Of a DNA stretch of 64,000 nucleotides, positions 1 through 22,009 are shown piece after piece (position 1 is the first letter of the stretch; each line of letters begins with the position of its first letter). This stretch comes from Lingula anatina (taxonomy: Eukaryota > Animalia > Brachiopoda): assembly GCA_051362555.1 (NCBI GenBank), contig CM120642.1:28830001-28894000 (forward strand). The letters run 5' to 3'. Below the pieces are notes generated by a model. The model made no database searches, had not been told where the DNA came from, and worked only from the letters and a program-made list of their open reading frames with translations. Both the position numbers and the translations under genes were made by a program.

Positions 1-3000
1 GTGGAGCTTCAAGAACGAACCTATTGTGAGTAATAAGAGCAGCGACTTCGATGTTGTATCAATCGACCGGTTATTGATACCGTAGGCGGTCCATTTCTAT
101 AACTCTGATGTTTACCTAGGATTGCGTCATTCATGTTAAGAATAACAGACTGTTTTTTGCGTCAATACACAAGTGGACAACTACAAGTAGTAGCGATATC
201 GATGTTAATTTGATCACAGTTAAATTTTTTATTTAAATAACTATAGATTTTAATAATATTTCATTAAAGTATATAGAAACTCTTTAACCTATCATGTTTC
301 TTTTTATTTTAGTTAACGAAACGGAATTAGAAAGTTGGTAAGTGTGGACACATATTTGCAACAAAATAAATATATTCTTTTGTGATGGAATCCTAATTGT
401 TCACTAATTAGTAAAACCAATTATAGAAACATGAATTGACAATTGGAATGTGCGAGGTAAAGCTAAGACCTGTTCAGATGGGGACATGAATTATAGATTA
501 TATGTGTATCAGTGGCATTCTTCAGAGAACTGAAGATATTGATCTATTGTTTTAGTACCAATATGGTGGTATGTCAGGAGTTATATGTAATCAATAATAC
601 ATGTAACAGCATGCTACCTAGAGAGATTGCTACCAGATATTGATATTTTGTATTAGCATTTATAGGTGTTATATTTCCGATATCTGTTAATCACTGACTG
701 TTTCTCTTTCATTTCATCCTTTCTTCCTTCTATCCTTCTGCTGTGCCCCCTCTTTGTTCTAGATTTTTAGATTCATATAAATTCTCTCTCTTTTTCTCTC
801 TCTCTCTGTTCTTAATTTCAGTTTGTAATAGTGGTTTCAGTCTGTTTTATCTCTCTCCCTCTCTCTCTCTCTGTGTGTGTGTGTGTGTTCTTTAGTTCAG
901 TTAGTAATAGTGGTTTCAATCTGTTTTATCCCTGCCTCGCTCTCTCTCTTCTTTAGCTCAGTTTGTAATTGTAGTTTCAATCTGTTTTATCCTGTAGGTA
1001 TGCCACGTTTAAGAAGGACTGTCCTGGGGGCAAGCTCACAGAGGAGGTGGGTTATTGCAATACATTAATTCATGTATATAAATATAAATGTATAGATATT
1101 CAGAACATAGAATATTTTACATAATTTTGTGCAAATCTGTACTTCTTCTTTAAACAGTGTAAGCTTTTTGGCACAGAGATACATAAAAGAGTTAATAATA
1201 ATGGGTTTTTGCGCAGGGTTCATTCAAGCATATAACTTTTATCTTTAAAAAATTTAAAAAATATTTAAACTGAATAAGTTTTAGTAGTTTAACCATAGAT
1301 GCAAAAGAAATAATCTCATCATGTTTGGAAGTTTCAGCTGAAATATTTCTTATTTTAAATAGATAAGTGTTAGTGGTTTACAAAAGAAATTATATCATCC
1401 ACATTTTTTTGTTATTTTATTTTCTCAAAGGGACATGGTTTTGCTCAAGATTTTTGCTTGCAAGTTTATAACAGACATAACTTGATAAATTCAGGATTTA
1501 CTTCACTCTGTGAATTTTCCGCAGTGTCTCTGGAGACAAACCACATTTGAAGAAGGCCGTATTTTCAGACAGCATTAAGAGCAATTGTAATCAACACATT
1601 CTGCTTATCTCATTTGTCAGTCTGAGGATGCATTTAACCTTACACTTTAAAACTCATCTTCCATGTTCTCTCTTCTGGAGAATGATATTTAAAAATAGAA
1701 CAGCTAAAACAAAAATAAGCATTCTGCCCTTGGATAGAATACCTGTTTTAGGCATTTTTGGCCTATAAACATCTCACATGTTTGATAAAACAAATAATTC
1801 CATAATCATGTATAAATGTATATGTATTTATGTAAAAGATAAAAATTGAAAATGGTATAGAAATTAGAAAAAATATGGAAAAATAATCACCAGATTTTTC
1901 AGATGCCATCTCTCTTTTGCTCTCTCTTTCTATTTCTCTCTCACACACATACACAAATCTATAGCTCAAAAGATGCACATTTGTACCGTCTGTATCAATT
2001 TAGAGAATAATGCCTTGTAAAAGTCAGAATATTGTTTTCCTAGGAAGATATCTAAGTCAGCAGAACTGCATAATTCAGCTGTGAATCGATGTGTTCAGTT
2101 TTACCAACTTCTGTGTCCACACCAAGGAGAAATCAAGGCCACATATAATAGTAGCTATATATTTAACAGTCTGTGGCAAGACAGGAATCCTTATTGCAAT
2201 ATATTGCCCTTGTTTGCTTCCTTATTTTACCACTTAGATCAAAGAAAACCATACCATTATCGTTCAGTGGAGTAAGTTGAATTTAATGCCTTCTTCAAGT
2301 GCAATATATCTTGACCCCGAGGCGAGGAAAATGTTTGATACATTGATACAGGCATATATTCACTCAGGTGATGTTACAGGTATGTTTACCCCCTGTAATG
2401 GCTGAGTTCTGTTCCAGCAGGTGATACAGTGTTTGTATTACTCATTTGGTCTTGGTTTAAGTGTTAAGGTGCCTCTGGTTTATGACTGGGGGTAGTCATT
2501 AAACATGTAATAGTAGGTTGATATGTAGGGGCAGTGTTACAGGGGTTATGTACAGTGTAACTGTTAGACTGATGTTTTCTTGACATGGATTATGGACATG
2601 TATGAAATGTTTGGTCATTGAGTAACCACAGTGAAGTTGTGAAATTCCTATTTTAGTAGCATAATAATATTATAAAAAATTATCAGAATTGGAATTTCAT
2701 TCACAGTGTGAGGCTTATCAATCACAACATTCCCTGTTTCAGTTTAGTAGGACTCCAATTTAAATGCAGTGCAGTGTAACTATACCTGATTTGTCAGATT
2801 TGTAGGTGTTACACAGGGTCAATCAGCAATAAAGGGAGTCTGGCTTACAATAAAAGTTTTAAAAAAAATGAATAAACAATTAACAATTACTGTTTAACAT
2901 CAGGAATTATCTTTTTGGGAGTTTCAGCAGTTACCTTTATAAACACATACATATGATATGTATAAATCTGTTTTTGAGCAAAGTAAAAAGTTATCAGTAA

Positions 3001-6000
3001 TTTTATTGCACTGAAATTTTAGTCGACTTGAAAGAAATGTACTTGCTTGTTCAATCCTCTTAAGTTGTGCTCAAAAACAAATTTACTGATAGGCATGGAT
3101 ATACTCATCCTTTTCAAAAATATCCAATTTTTTGTTGAAGAGATATTGAAAAAAAATTCAGAGAGTTCCATTTTAATTTTGCGACTTTCTGTCATATACT
3201 TAGGCTGAAGGTTAAATCTTTTCAAATGTCTGAACACATTCCATCTTTACTGCCTTAGTTAAACTGTATGTGTAGAGCCTTCATAAAACATCCCATGGTA
3301 AAAGTGAATTAGTGATCAACTAGTTCAGGGCAATTAAGACACTATAGCAATATATTTCCCTTAAAACTGAAAATATCGATTTAATATTATTTTCTCTTTA
3401 CTCATGCCCAATCCTTGCAATGTGCTTGAGTGATGAGATGTTTGCGGTCTTCGTAGAATTTTTTCATTCTGATAGCAAATCCATGACAAGATATACATGT
3501 TTTTCATTTCAACTGCAACATATGTGGGTTTGAGCTTTAACTTCTCTTCCTTAGTATTCCCAGTAGAGTGAGATGTTATGGAAAGCACTCAACTTGTATG
3601 ACAAATGTCTTTGCACTGATTATGAGGGAGGATTTATCACAATTCTAGGTGATTTCACTTCAGCTGATCACTTGCTGTCTGGTCTACGTACATGTTATAA
3701 TGTGTCATTAACAGATGGCTCATCTCTTTGATATGGTATTGAAAATTGGGCTTAGTTCAGAGTTGGGATTTATTTGAAAATCTTTTTATTTTTTAATCTC
3801 AGAGCTCTTGGTGATATTTCTAAAAAACAGCAAGACAGCTAAAGCTGACAAATGTACAGACAGCCCATGTCAGTTATAGACTATTAAAACAAATGCACCT
3901 GTAATTAAAGCCATTCTGTACAAGATTTTCCTGCCAAATCTAATTTTCCTAAAAAATATGAAAAGTAAACTTATGAATAAATAAAGAAATAGATAAGTAA
4001 TTAAAGCTCCTCTCATGAATCATAGCTAATCTTGCCCCTGCACTTGGAATGTTTTTTTTTTTTACTGTATCTTAATTATTTTGATTTTCGCCTGAAATCA
4101 TTAGATGCCAAAGCAATATGAGCTAGGAATAATTAGTTCATGTCCCTTTTCTAACTTAGCCTGCATTAATAATTCCGGTGAGTTTAAAACAAAACAGCAA
4201 CACTATCATTTCCTCCTGAGTTATTGAGGCTACAAGAAAAGTGAAAGGAAGCTGCTTTGGCGTCTGCTTTGGCTTCCTCTCCAGTTCTGGAAACGGGTAC
4301 AGATTCATGTGATAGGACTTACAATGCCTTAATTAATTGACATTATAGCCTCTATGTCTGTACATGAAATGTACTCATGAATCAAAGAATGTAGTACTCT
4401 ATACTTTGTAATCAAATAAAATGCTGAAATGTATTTTTTGTTTTTTCAGGGTTTCAGAAAAATCTACCAGCAGTTTTTCCCATATGGAGATTGCACCAAC
4501 TTTTCTGCTTTCGTTTTCAAGGTCTTTGATGAAAACAATGTAAGTTACTGTAATAAAAGCTCAAAGTCAAAACGTTATGCCAATGTCTCAAAGACTAATG
4601 GCATTATAATTATGCAGTAGACCATGGCAAAGGAAAATGCATTTTTCTTGTCAGTTTGAGGCAGTCAAAAACTAATGTTCTCCCGTTTTTTTTTTTTTTT
4701 TTTTTTTTTTTTTGAGAGAGAGAAAGAGAGCAAAAGAGGGGACACTGGATAAGCCATCTGCTTCCAAATGGAAGTACGGATTTGTCTTTGCTAATGGACT
4801 GTATAATTAATCACCAGTATCTGTATTCCCCCATTAGGTACTAGTATTGCCCAATCCTGTTATTGAACGATGTGTAAAAGTGACAAGATGTCCTGTTTTG
4901 GCAGGACCATTACACACAGTCACAACAGATAAAACCTTTCACAGACATTTGATAAATGCTGGTATTTAAAAGTTGTTCTGTTATGTCTGGTGAGGGTTCT
5001 TAGTAATATTGTCTTCAACTCCAAACAAAAAATCATAAATCATTTGCATTGCCAAGTTTGATTTTTTTTTCAAATTATTCCCCAATCACTGTTAACTGTA
5101 TGGTATTTATATATCAAAGGCTTGACTTTTGTACATAAACTGTACTGTACAAGATATTAAGAAAACAATGAAGGGGGCTGGCTGAGTCTAGACAGGATAT
5201 AAATATACACTGGAATTAAAAATATCTGTTCCATATCTTTACCAAAACTGAACATTTTGCATTGGATATTTCAATTATTTGTGTACTTTATCTGTTCTGG
5301 TTGAGAGACAGCTCAGGCAGCTTGAGTGGTAGCAAGGGGAACAAAACAGATGTCAGATTTGTATCTTCTTCCATCTTAAAAAGGAGATTAGAAGATCTTG
5401 TGAACAGTAAAAGATACTTTATCTGTCAGGAGGTATCTTTGCAGTTCTTATCCTGTGGATTGAGACTTCAAGGAGCCAAGTTCACACAGCAGTGGGGGAC
5501 TCTTTGGGGCAACATGTTTGACAGCAAATTATACGTTGAATTGCTTATATGCAGATATACAGGGGCAGATTGAGGCCATCTTCTGGGTCTTCCAGAAGAC
5601 GGTCAGATTTTCAAGTTTACATTGATGGGTATCTATTTTTTCTGTCCGAAGATGGTCAAAAATAAAGGATGGATCAACAAAGATAATTTGGAAGGCTTTC
5701 AGAAAATATCTCTGGATCCGCCCCTAGATCTTACCAGGGAGGTTAATTAACAGCAAATGTATTCTGATAAATAGTGATTGCAGGCATAATTAACCTGTTG
5801 ATAGTTTTTCAAATAACTACCTAGCTTAATTAACACATCTGAATAATAATAAAAAATATATTTATATATGTATAATTGACATCCTGAATTGCTTCACCAA
5901 ATCGATGAAAGATATCAACTAAATATTTTAACAGCATCTAGCCAAGGGCAGGTAAACCTTAAACCTGATGTGTGAGACTTTATTCTTAAAAATTTTTAAA

Positions 6001-9000
6001 GAGTTTAATTGTTACCCTGTTTGTTATCTTAGTCTCATTGGGTGATATGTGTGACTGACTGCACTATCTATAGCTAAATAGTACTTCATATAAATCAATA
6101 CAGGGTTGTTTTATATTTTAATTTTGGCATTTCCTCCTTGTTACTTTTATTGCACCATGAATCTTCACATTTGACATGTCACTTTGGGTGTCTGCGTGTT
6201 TAACAGGGAAAAATTCCCCAATTCCAAGAATAATCAATACAAACCATTTCCACAGAATCATCTCAGCACATCATCTCACTGAGGGAGACATTTCTAGGAA
6301 TGTTTCCCAATGATTTTCTCAGTAAGGTAGCAGTTCAGTTGTAAATGTACATACATATTCACACAACAAATATTAATGGTCAGAATGCAAGCACTCAGTC
6401 AGGTCGTCTCATGAAAATTAATTGCATTTTCTTGGTATCATTTCCTATTCTCATTTCAAACCATGAGGAACATAACAATGGGAAAAATAATACTTCCTGA
6501 ATACCTGAAAACAGGGTTTTATTTATATTCAGTATTTTTGAAACAGTCATTTAAGTCACTGCTTGGTGGCAGCTAGTTGCTTGGAAAGAATTGTTGGGGA
6601 TCAAGCTGTGATGATAAATTGTCAAAATGCATCCGCTTCAGAAGTTTGAGAGATATTTACAAGCTGGTGTGGAGATATAAAATCCTTAATCATTCTAGTT
6701 GCTGGATTCCAATATTTTTATTACTTTCATACCCTAACCCGTACTGTGTTTGAAAGGTGTACCAATTCAATGCTCCTTCCAAGCGTGACTAACTACAACA
6801 TTCTTAACCTTTGGAGTTGATCTTCAAAACTTCTACATGTGTGGCATAGCTGGTTCTATCTGCTGCTCCTAATAAATTGGGCGTCTGGCAGTGACGTTGT
6901 TTGTAGTAAATCATAGTTATTTTTGTGGAATATTTGATATTATGTATGTGTCATTAAGATTGGTATTACAGCATGTGGTAGCTAGAAGGAGTCACACAGG
7001 GTAAAAGGGATCTTAAAAGCAGGAGCTGCATTAATTGTTTTATTCTTATAGAGACTTTCCAATCATTTTATTATAGCTTGGGAAGATTTTGTGTCTTCTA
7101 TTTGGGTGATGTCTCAAAATATACAAAAAGAAAGGTAAAGAGTAATTCTTACCGTTGAAAAGCATGAAAGCCTAAAAGAAATTACGGTTTTGTTACTTTG
7201 AGTTACACAAGGGGTAAATTTCTTGTCAGATCTCTTGCCCTAGAGATCAGTGGAGGCTATATTTTGTTTTTAAGGATTCTGCCTATTAACTACACACCTG
7301 AGACCTACACCTGAATATTTGACATTAAGGTGTATTAACATGACCACCTGCTCCCACAACATGTGTATACAATAAACCAAACATGGACACGTTAAGTAGT
7401 GTACTGACGTATATCCTGGAATTTCTAGCTTGTTGTTGGTATGTATTGGTATGAATTATCTGAGTGATGCCAAACCAGATGTCATACGTACCTTGGAAAA
7501 AATAATTTAAGTAATGAGAGAGAGAGAGAGAGGAAAAGTTTGATATGAAAAATGAGGTTTTGAAAGATGAGGTGACAAGAAAATTTAGTATATATCAGCT
7601 GCTGCTCTCTAATTTACTGGTATCATTTTTACCATGATTGCAGCCCATTTAATCATAATCTTACAATGAATAAAATAATGAAACTTTAAAGAGAAATGTG
7701 TAAACTTGAATTAAGTTACATGTATTTATTGAACAAAATGCCTTTGGCTAATAAATTGTATATTTCTGAGTGAAAAGCAATGGTGAATATCATTTGGACA
7801 AAATTTTCATCCTACAACAGGATCACACTTCATGATTCTAGATAAATTGTTCCAGAAGTTTTATTCCTCCCAAAATTTAGGAATAGAGTTTGGGGAGAAG
7901 TTTGTTTGAAAAAAAAATGTTTCTGGCATCACAGACCCATTTATTTCCCTTAAGCCCTAAGTAACTATTTTTTTAAGTGAATCAGTTATAAGGTTGATAA
8001 AAAAAATGAATTATTATCCCGATTTCCAGGCAAAGAAATTAACTTTCAAGTTTTTGTGCGAGTTTTACATTATGGGAGTGAGCTAAAAGCTTTTTGATCA
8101 CAGATTAATGAATGGATTTCAGCTCTCTTCAGGGTGTGTTCACAATGAATATATCCTACTAGCTGATCTGTTACTCAAATTGCATTCAGTTATAGTTCTC
8201 ACAGAGTTCGTTTGAACTACTTAGTACAATAGACTCATTGTGAATGTATCCTAATTCTTGTGTTCTATTTTCCAGGACAATCAAATCGACTTCAAGGAGT
8301 TCATCTGTGCGCTGTCTGTCACATCCAGAGGCAGTCTAGATGAAAAACTGGAATGTAAGGCAGATATATTATTTATCATTTTTGCATTCACTTTTTATGT
8401 ACTGAAAAGAAGTTAATGGTAGAGCATGCATATAGGGTCTAATCCAAGAAATTTGAAAAAAGAGCATTTGTTTGTTGTCATATGTATACACAGTTTCTGA
8501 AAAGTTGGCACACCTTAAAAGTTTAACTTTTTTTGTCATTTTGGGGTAGTTTATTTTATATCTTCAATATTGAGATTATTGTTTGTTGCACTCTATTCAG
8601 TAGTCTAAATTGACACATGTTAAGCCATATACATATTGGCAATTTTCAGAGGCCCGTATTAGTTAATTGTTGCCAAAACCATAAGTACTACATGGGGTGT
8701 AAAAGTTAATACATATCTTTTCAGATTTTAGTTTACATGTATTGAAAATACTAGATACAAATTTAAAGCAAAGTGAACATATTTACATGTAATTGTTTTC
8801 CAGGGGCTTTCAAACTGTATGACCTGGATGGGGATGGCTTCATCACGAGGTCGGAAATGTTGGCTATAGTGGATTCCATATACAGTATGGTGGTAAGTAA
8901 AGGTGGACCAGGAAGTCAATTATCTACCTGATCATGATTATGTAAAATAAATATATACAATAATTGCTCTAGTTTGGGGCAGTTGCCTTGTATGTACCGG

Positions 9001-9816
9001 AGCAGGTGATAAAATTAATGCTGCTGATAAAGCTGCTGATCCTTTGATTTTTTAGGGATCCCGTCTCCCCACCACCCTGCCATTAAGTTACTCAATTGTT
9101 ATCATTCAATCTTTGACGTAATGTTTCCCACTTTAGGCACATGTACAGAGATTGAAACAATAGAGTTTCTGGTCACATCACATTACGTAACAATATTTTT
9201 TGATAAATCACCATATCTGAACTATATCCTATTTAAAAAACTTGTACCTCTGGGGAAGGTGCCCTCATTTACTCATCTTGGGAGGTGGTGAAGGCTGTTC
9301 TTAGGTTGTGTTTGATTTATGTTTTTGTATAAATCATATAAACTTAAAGGGTGGTTTACATTTCTGTATACAATATATAAACTCAAAGGATCAATGGCTT
9401 GAACGTCTAAATTGAAATTATTTTGCCTCAAAGAACTATTTATGTCATTTGCCCATTCTCTCCTTTTCAGGGTAGTCAGGCCAAGCTCCCAGAGGAAGAA
9501 AACACTCCAGAGAAAAGAGTAAACAGAATATTCAGTGCCATGGACAAGGTAAGAACATTAGAATTTTGCAAGACACATTATGCCTTGTATAATTTATCTT
9601 TGGCCATTTCACTGGAATTTTAAACTCAATGATCAGTAAATGCAGTATTAATGGGTTAAAGCACCACTGTTTTGTATGAAAATTGGATGCTTTGAAATCT
9701 TTTTTTTTTTTTTTCAGAACAGAGACAATTTATTAACAATGGAAGAATTTCTGGAAGGGTGCAAAAATGATCCCACAATTGTCCAAGCACTGACCCTCTA
9801 TGATGGCCTCGTATGA
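1..9816 (+). CDS. NCS1: Neuronal calcium sensor 1 / frequenin-like EF-hand protein; 8 exons, N-terminus outside the window
   Basis: Phase-compatible GT-AG exons <1..25, 313..337, 998..1046, 4450..4539, 8276..8354, 8804..8892, 9471..9548, 9718..9816. They splice to ...[47 protein letters not shown]...[50 protein letters not shown]...[25 protein letters not shown]...[15 protein letters not shown], which has the NCS-1 signature motifs and C-terminus. Confidence 0.93.
815..997 (+). repeat. Three imperfect tandem copies of the intron-2 acceptor region, separated by (CT)n/(GT)n
   Basis: tcagtt(t/a)gtaat(a/t)gt(g/a)gtttca(g/a)tctgttttatc recurs at ~818, ~897 and ~958; the last copy ends in the functional AG at 996-997. 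Confidence 0.75.
5560..5726. mobile_element. Short MITE of the CAGGGGCGGAT...ATCCGCCCCTG type (hAT-like)
   Basis: Ends caggggcagat / ggatccgcccct; internal sequence is the reverse complement of 22010..22175. No clear TSD. Confidence 0.65.
8131..8252. mobile_element. Small palindromic MITE
   Basis: Imperfect terminal inverted repeats ggtgtgttcacaatga / tcattgtgaatgtatcc, just upstream of the NCS1 exon 5 acceptor. Confidence 0.45.
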
Positions 9817-11657
9817 CACAGTGAAAAGATGTCTGGAACTGCCTGTACCTACAGCACTGTTAGGCCGCAAAATGTCATAGATCAGACATGATTTTGGGTT
9901 GTAAGAAAAAACTAGGAAGAAATGGTTCATCAGCCTTTCGACCAGTGATCAGAAGCTCAAGTCAGAAAACCATCAAGAAAAAATTGGATTTCCCATTTAG
10001 ATCTGTAAAAAAAATCAAGTCTGGTTGATGGATATCTCTTTGTCAATGTGATCAGTGAAATAAAACTCCTACGCTGATATCTCTTGACGTGATAAAAAAA
10101 ACATGGATGTGCACAACATGGGGCTTCATCACTTTATTTGAAAAGACTTCAGTTAAATTCATTAGTATGAGGCTATTATCAGTCAAGGATTCAGACCCCA
10201 TGCTGGTCACCTCAAAGTTTACTTTTCAAGTATGCTGTAAACATGCAAATGTGGAGTTTTGGAAATTAAGAAGCTGGCATGCATCAGGGCTGAAGCTTTG
10301 GATCAAACAACATCAAGGTTCATGTTCACAAGTTAAGAAAACTGGAACATTTTTTCTAAGCAGAACATCAGACAAAGGAAGCTGAAGGAAATCATGTCTT
10401 ATTATGAGTTGCTACTCCAATATTTAGACATGTGCTAAATGCCCTAGCTAAACAATAACTGTAATGTTGCTTAAATCATCATAAATACTTGCCTTAACCA
10501 TTTTCATTTCAGGGAATGCATGCACAGATCATATCCTTCGATCATTAATTTTGTCGTGAATACCATTGCAACTGCTTTTGCTTCATTATTTTGATGTATA
10601 AAAACATCAGGTTGATAATAATTATTGTAATTAGGGCTGCAGTCATTTATATCACAATTCATCACTTAATTCACTTTATCACAATTAACGGTTTTATAGA
10701 ATCTCATCTTTTAAAATTAGCTTGTTTTATGCTTCTATTGGTGTAAATAATTATCCACATTTTTTGTTTGTAAATGCTTTACTTTAACCACTGTAAAGAA
10801 ACAAATATTCCATTCTTGAATTTTGGTTCAATTCTGTGCATAATTTAAGAAAGGTGCAAACAGACATGCCAAAATAAGTTCTGGTAATGCGGGAGCATAT
10901 GCTGTGATGAATCATAAAAGCAGTGGTCATGTTTTAAACTAGAAATTTTTAGGTTAATAAGTACTTCTATTAAGAAAATCTTGTATTATGATTGAAATTG
11001 TACAGAATGTTTAAGGTGCAGATAATGTATGTAATTAAATGATATTTCAAACTTCAAAGTGTTTGTTTCTGTTGAGGTTAAGAGAACTAATTGTAATATT
11101 TGTCAAATAATTAACATGCATCATAGCGAACCAGTTCATGTGTATACCCCAATACTATGATGGGCCAGGAAAGAAAAGTCTTACATTATTTGCTTGCAAA
11201 CATTTCTTAAAAACTTCAAAAATGAGCATATGCTGTCTACACTCCTTTAAAATATAATAAGTCTCATGGTTGAAAATGCATTCTTATTACTTGAGAGTGC
11301 ACCACTCCTCCCTCCAACCCCCCCCCCCCCCAATCAACTCTTCTTACAGTAACGACAATGTCTGACCACATAACTTGAAGGCCAGCTTAAAAATCTGACC
11401 AACCAAAATAAAAGCGTTCAATCTGATATAGTTTATTTTACCATATTTATCTAAGAACAGTCTGTACATTCTGCAAACATCTTAGTGGGACACATAATAT
11501 ATAAATGAACAAAACAATAGATGGGCTACAGGTGGGGGAACTTGATCTCAACACATAGCGTAGACCACCCCCTTCTCTTAATCCAACAAACATATGCCAT
11601 TCATTTCAAATATGTTGATGACTAAAGGGATGGCAGGAAGCATGGGCTGGTATCTTA

Positions 11658-11882
11658 GGGTGCATTCCCAAAGATTTAGATGGATCCAGAGATTTAGATT
11701 TAGATCGACCTAACTCCTTGGGGGTTCATGCTAAATTGCAATCAGCCGAGCGTGCACCATAGTTAATTACCCCCTTACAGCTTTCAGTAGGCGGGACAGA
11801 CACTTAAGCTGGCTAAGCTGACAGTAATCTAGTGAGACTCCCCACAGGGATAGATCGATCTAAAATCTATGGGAATGGGGTC
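11658..11882. mobile_element. PIF/Harbinger (Tourist-like) MITE
   Basis: TIRs gggtgcattccca.agattt / aaatctatgggaatggggtc; TTA target duplication on both sides; related copies at 12031, 19019, ~30102 and ~37541. Confidence 0.75.
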
Positions 11883-12030
11883 TTAGAGATGCTGCAAAGG
11901 TACTCTTAAACTCTGGATATACCCTGAATTTAGCAAGGTACTGTGTCTAGACACACAGAAACAGGCATGGAGATGATACAGGTTAGTTTCTAGTTAACTC
12001 TGACTCTCAGGGTAGAGCCACATTAACAAA

Positions 12031-12245
12031 GACTGCATTCCCACAGATTTTAGATCGATCTATCCCCGTGGAGAGTCTCACTAGATTGTTGTCAGATTAG
12101 CCGGCTTAAATGTCCGTCCTGCCTACTAAAAGCTGTAAGGGGGTAATTAACTTTCGTGCGTGGTCGGGTGACAGCAATTTAGTGTGAACCCCCAGGGAGT
12201 TAGGTGGATCCAGATGGATCGATCTAAATCTGTGGGAAACCAGTC
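12031..12245. mobile_element. Same MITE family, inverted orientation; present only in unit A
   Basis: gactgcattcccacagattt...aaatctgtgggaaaccagtc flanked by aaa/aaa; empty site at ~30470 in unit B. Confidence 0.8.
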
Positions 12246-13262
12246 AAAGCCACTGTTTCAATATAGTTTTGCTATTGTAAAGAGAAAAAGCTAGAGTGGG
12301 TAAAACTTGTGGTATGGAAATACCTCTGCCTAAACCTTTTAAGTACAAATTCATTCACACAGACTAATGGCATGGCTTTGTTGGGAGTTAAAATGAAACT
12401 GTTTAAAAAACATAACTTTCACATAAAACAAAAAAAGCTTGTTTATTTGCGAGAGAAATTAAAATCTGATATTTCAATTGCTTCTGATTATGTCACAGTG
12501 TCTCTTGTTTTGCTATTCAAGATATTTAACATTCAATTCTTCAAACTGCTCTGAATATCAAGAAAGAACCATGACAAACAACAACTTTGATTTAGGTGTT
12601 CCTTCAAATATACTCAAAAACAATTCCTTTTATATATAATACTTCATGTACTGCTACAAGTATCACATTTAAACACAGCGAGCCCTCAGTCAGTTATATG
12701 TTGCCATTCCCTCCTAAGCTTGCCACAAAAACACTGAGAAATAAATACTGCTGTGTTTCACCACAGATTCTCTGTGTCACCAGCTGGGTAAAATATGGGA
12801 CATGATTTCCACTATCAAACTTGAGAACATTGCTCCCACTTAATTCTGAACATTCTTTCTTATTGTTAGCAGAATTTCATTTCTAAATAATAAATAATAA
12901 TAAAAAAAATAAACAAAAAATGACATCTATTAAATTAAATTAAATTAAATACAATTTTCTTACATATAAAAGTACTATAAACTGACTGACAAGTTTCCAT
13001 AAAGACTGATGGAGCCATATTTTACAATGCCTTATATACTGGGCTTTTACCATTCCCTCAATTCTTCCAATCAAGTATACATCAAGTGTTCACATTAATA
13101 CATCATTCAGCCTGACAGGGATGGTGCTGCTGCACACAAAAGGTGTATTTTTACTTTTACTTTTCAACACAATACATATTATCTCAGTCTAGCATCCAAC
13201 GCCCTGTCAACACTGGGGAATACTGACTAAAACAGCTGGATATACCATGCCGATTGCCTTCA

Positions 13263-20445
<7,183 letters not shown>

Positions 20446-22009
20446 CTTTGAAATGTAGTAGAGAGTGACGCGCGTGAAGCTTTGATAAGCATACTTCTTC
20501 GTGATGTTCAATGAATAAGCACGCGGCTAAGCCCTATGATTGCGATTGATGCGGTGATTGCGGAAGTAATATTCTAAGATGGGCTAGGGGATTTTGCCAA
20601 TAGAGGGCTTCGTGTGAAAACTAGTTATTTTTCATACCACTTGGTGCGCTGTATTCCCATTCACAAAATGATGACGTAGACATATTAAGCTGAAAATAGC
20701 GGTAAACTTGACAGCAAAGAAGGTCCTATTTGAATATATTATATGATATTTACGTGTTTGAATAATGCATATTATAAATTTTAAAGCTATCAAGATGTTT
20801 CCAAGATCTTTAAGAGAAAATGAATTATTTGGTCATGTGAGGTAGAAACATAATCATTTACTATTCTTTTTACAGGTGTTTCATTCCATGTGAGCCTTCA
20901 TGTAATGTTCAGGATTGTATATGATGGAGACATGACTTATTTTTTGTAAGGTTACCCATATTATCTTTGAATAGGTAACTGAATATGCTTTAAAAAAACT
21001 TTTTTTTGCCTATATATATAATATTTCTTTTGACTTATTTTTTTCCTTTCCATTATGTCTCAAAGGACATTGTTTTTTGTGGTTGGTGTTATAAATTAAA
21101 CCTCAAATAATACAATGAAAAAATTGAATTTTATTTTAACCACCTTTAAATGTGCTGGCACTTTTAAAAATACATTGATATATATGTAATAGTTTTTTAA
21201 AAAAGGTTTCCTTATTTATGTTAAAAAAATAATTCTCAATACTTTTCTTTTTCTACAATTTCTTTTTTTTTTTTTTTTTCGTACAGGTATAGGTTTGGTG
21301 GCATTTAGTTTGTATAATTGTTTTTTATCCCAAATGGCAATGTATGAATAGAATAATTTGAATTAAATTCCACTTGCTTTTAATTTTAATTTTTTGTCTG
21401 TGTTAGTGATATAAAAAGACCTGAGAATGTTATGTGACAGAGTTTGCATTAGATGAGGACACGTACTATGCTGTCTTGGTAAGTATTCAATCCATTATAT
21501 GGGACTCTCTTAGATTTAGATTTTGGATTTGGGTTGTTTTTACTAAATTGAATGAAGGCAGTTTATCTCTGCAATAACTGTAACTCTGCTATAAGATATG
21601 CTTGACATAAGGCAATAACAAATCTATATAATTTTAAAATAATCCTGTTTTAATAAAAGAAATCGCTACATTTGTTTGTGTATTAAAATAAGTTAAAAGA
21701 CATAATTTGGAGAATTTTAGTATTCTGTATTAGATCTGATATTTGACTTATTCTCCACCCAACACCAATTTTTGTATTTTGTTAAACATGAAGACATATT
21801 GAACTGACTAGGACTTATTATTTTTTTCACTTGTGTCTATTGTGCTTAGAATTGTGGAAGAAAGGAGGGTAAATTCACCTATGTCAATTCCCTTGGAGAT
21901 ACTGACCAAGAAAAGGACATTATCACAAGAAACTGGGGGTAGTTGAATATTAAAACAGTCTTGTCATGTAAAAAATGTTATATATTGTATTGTATTAATA
22001 ATTGGTTTA

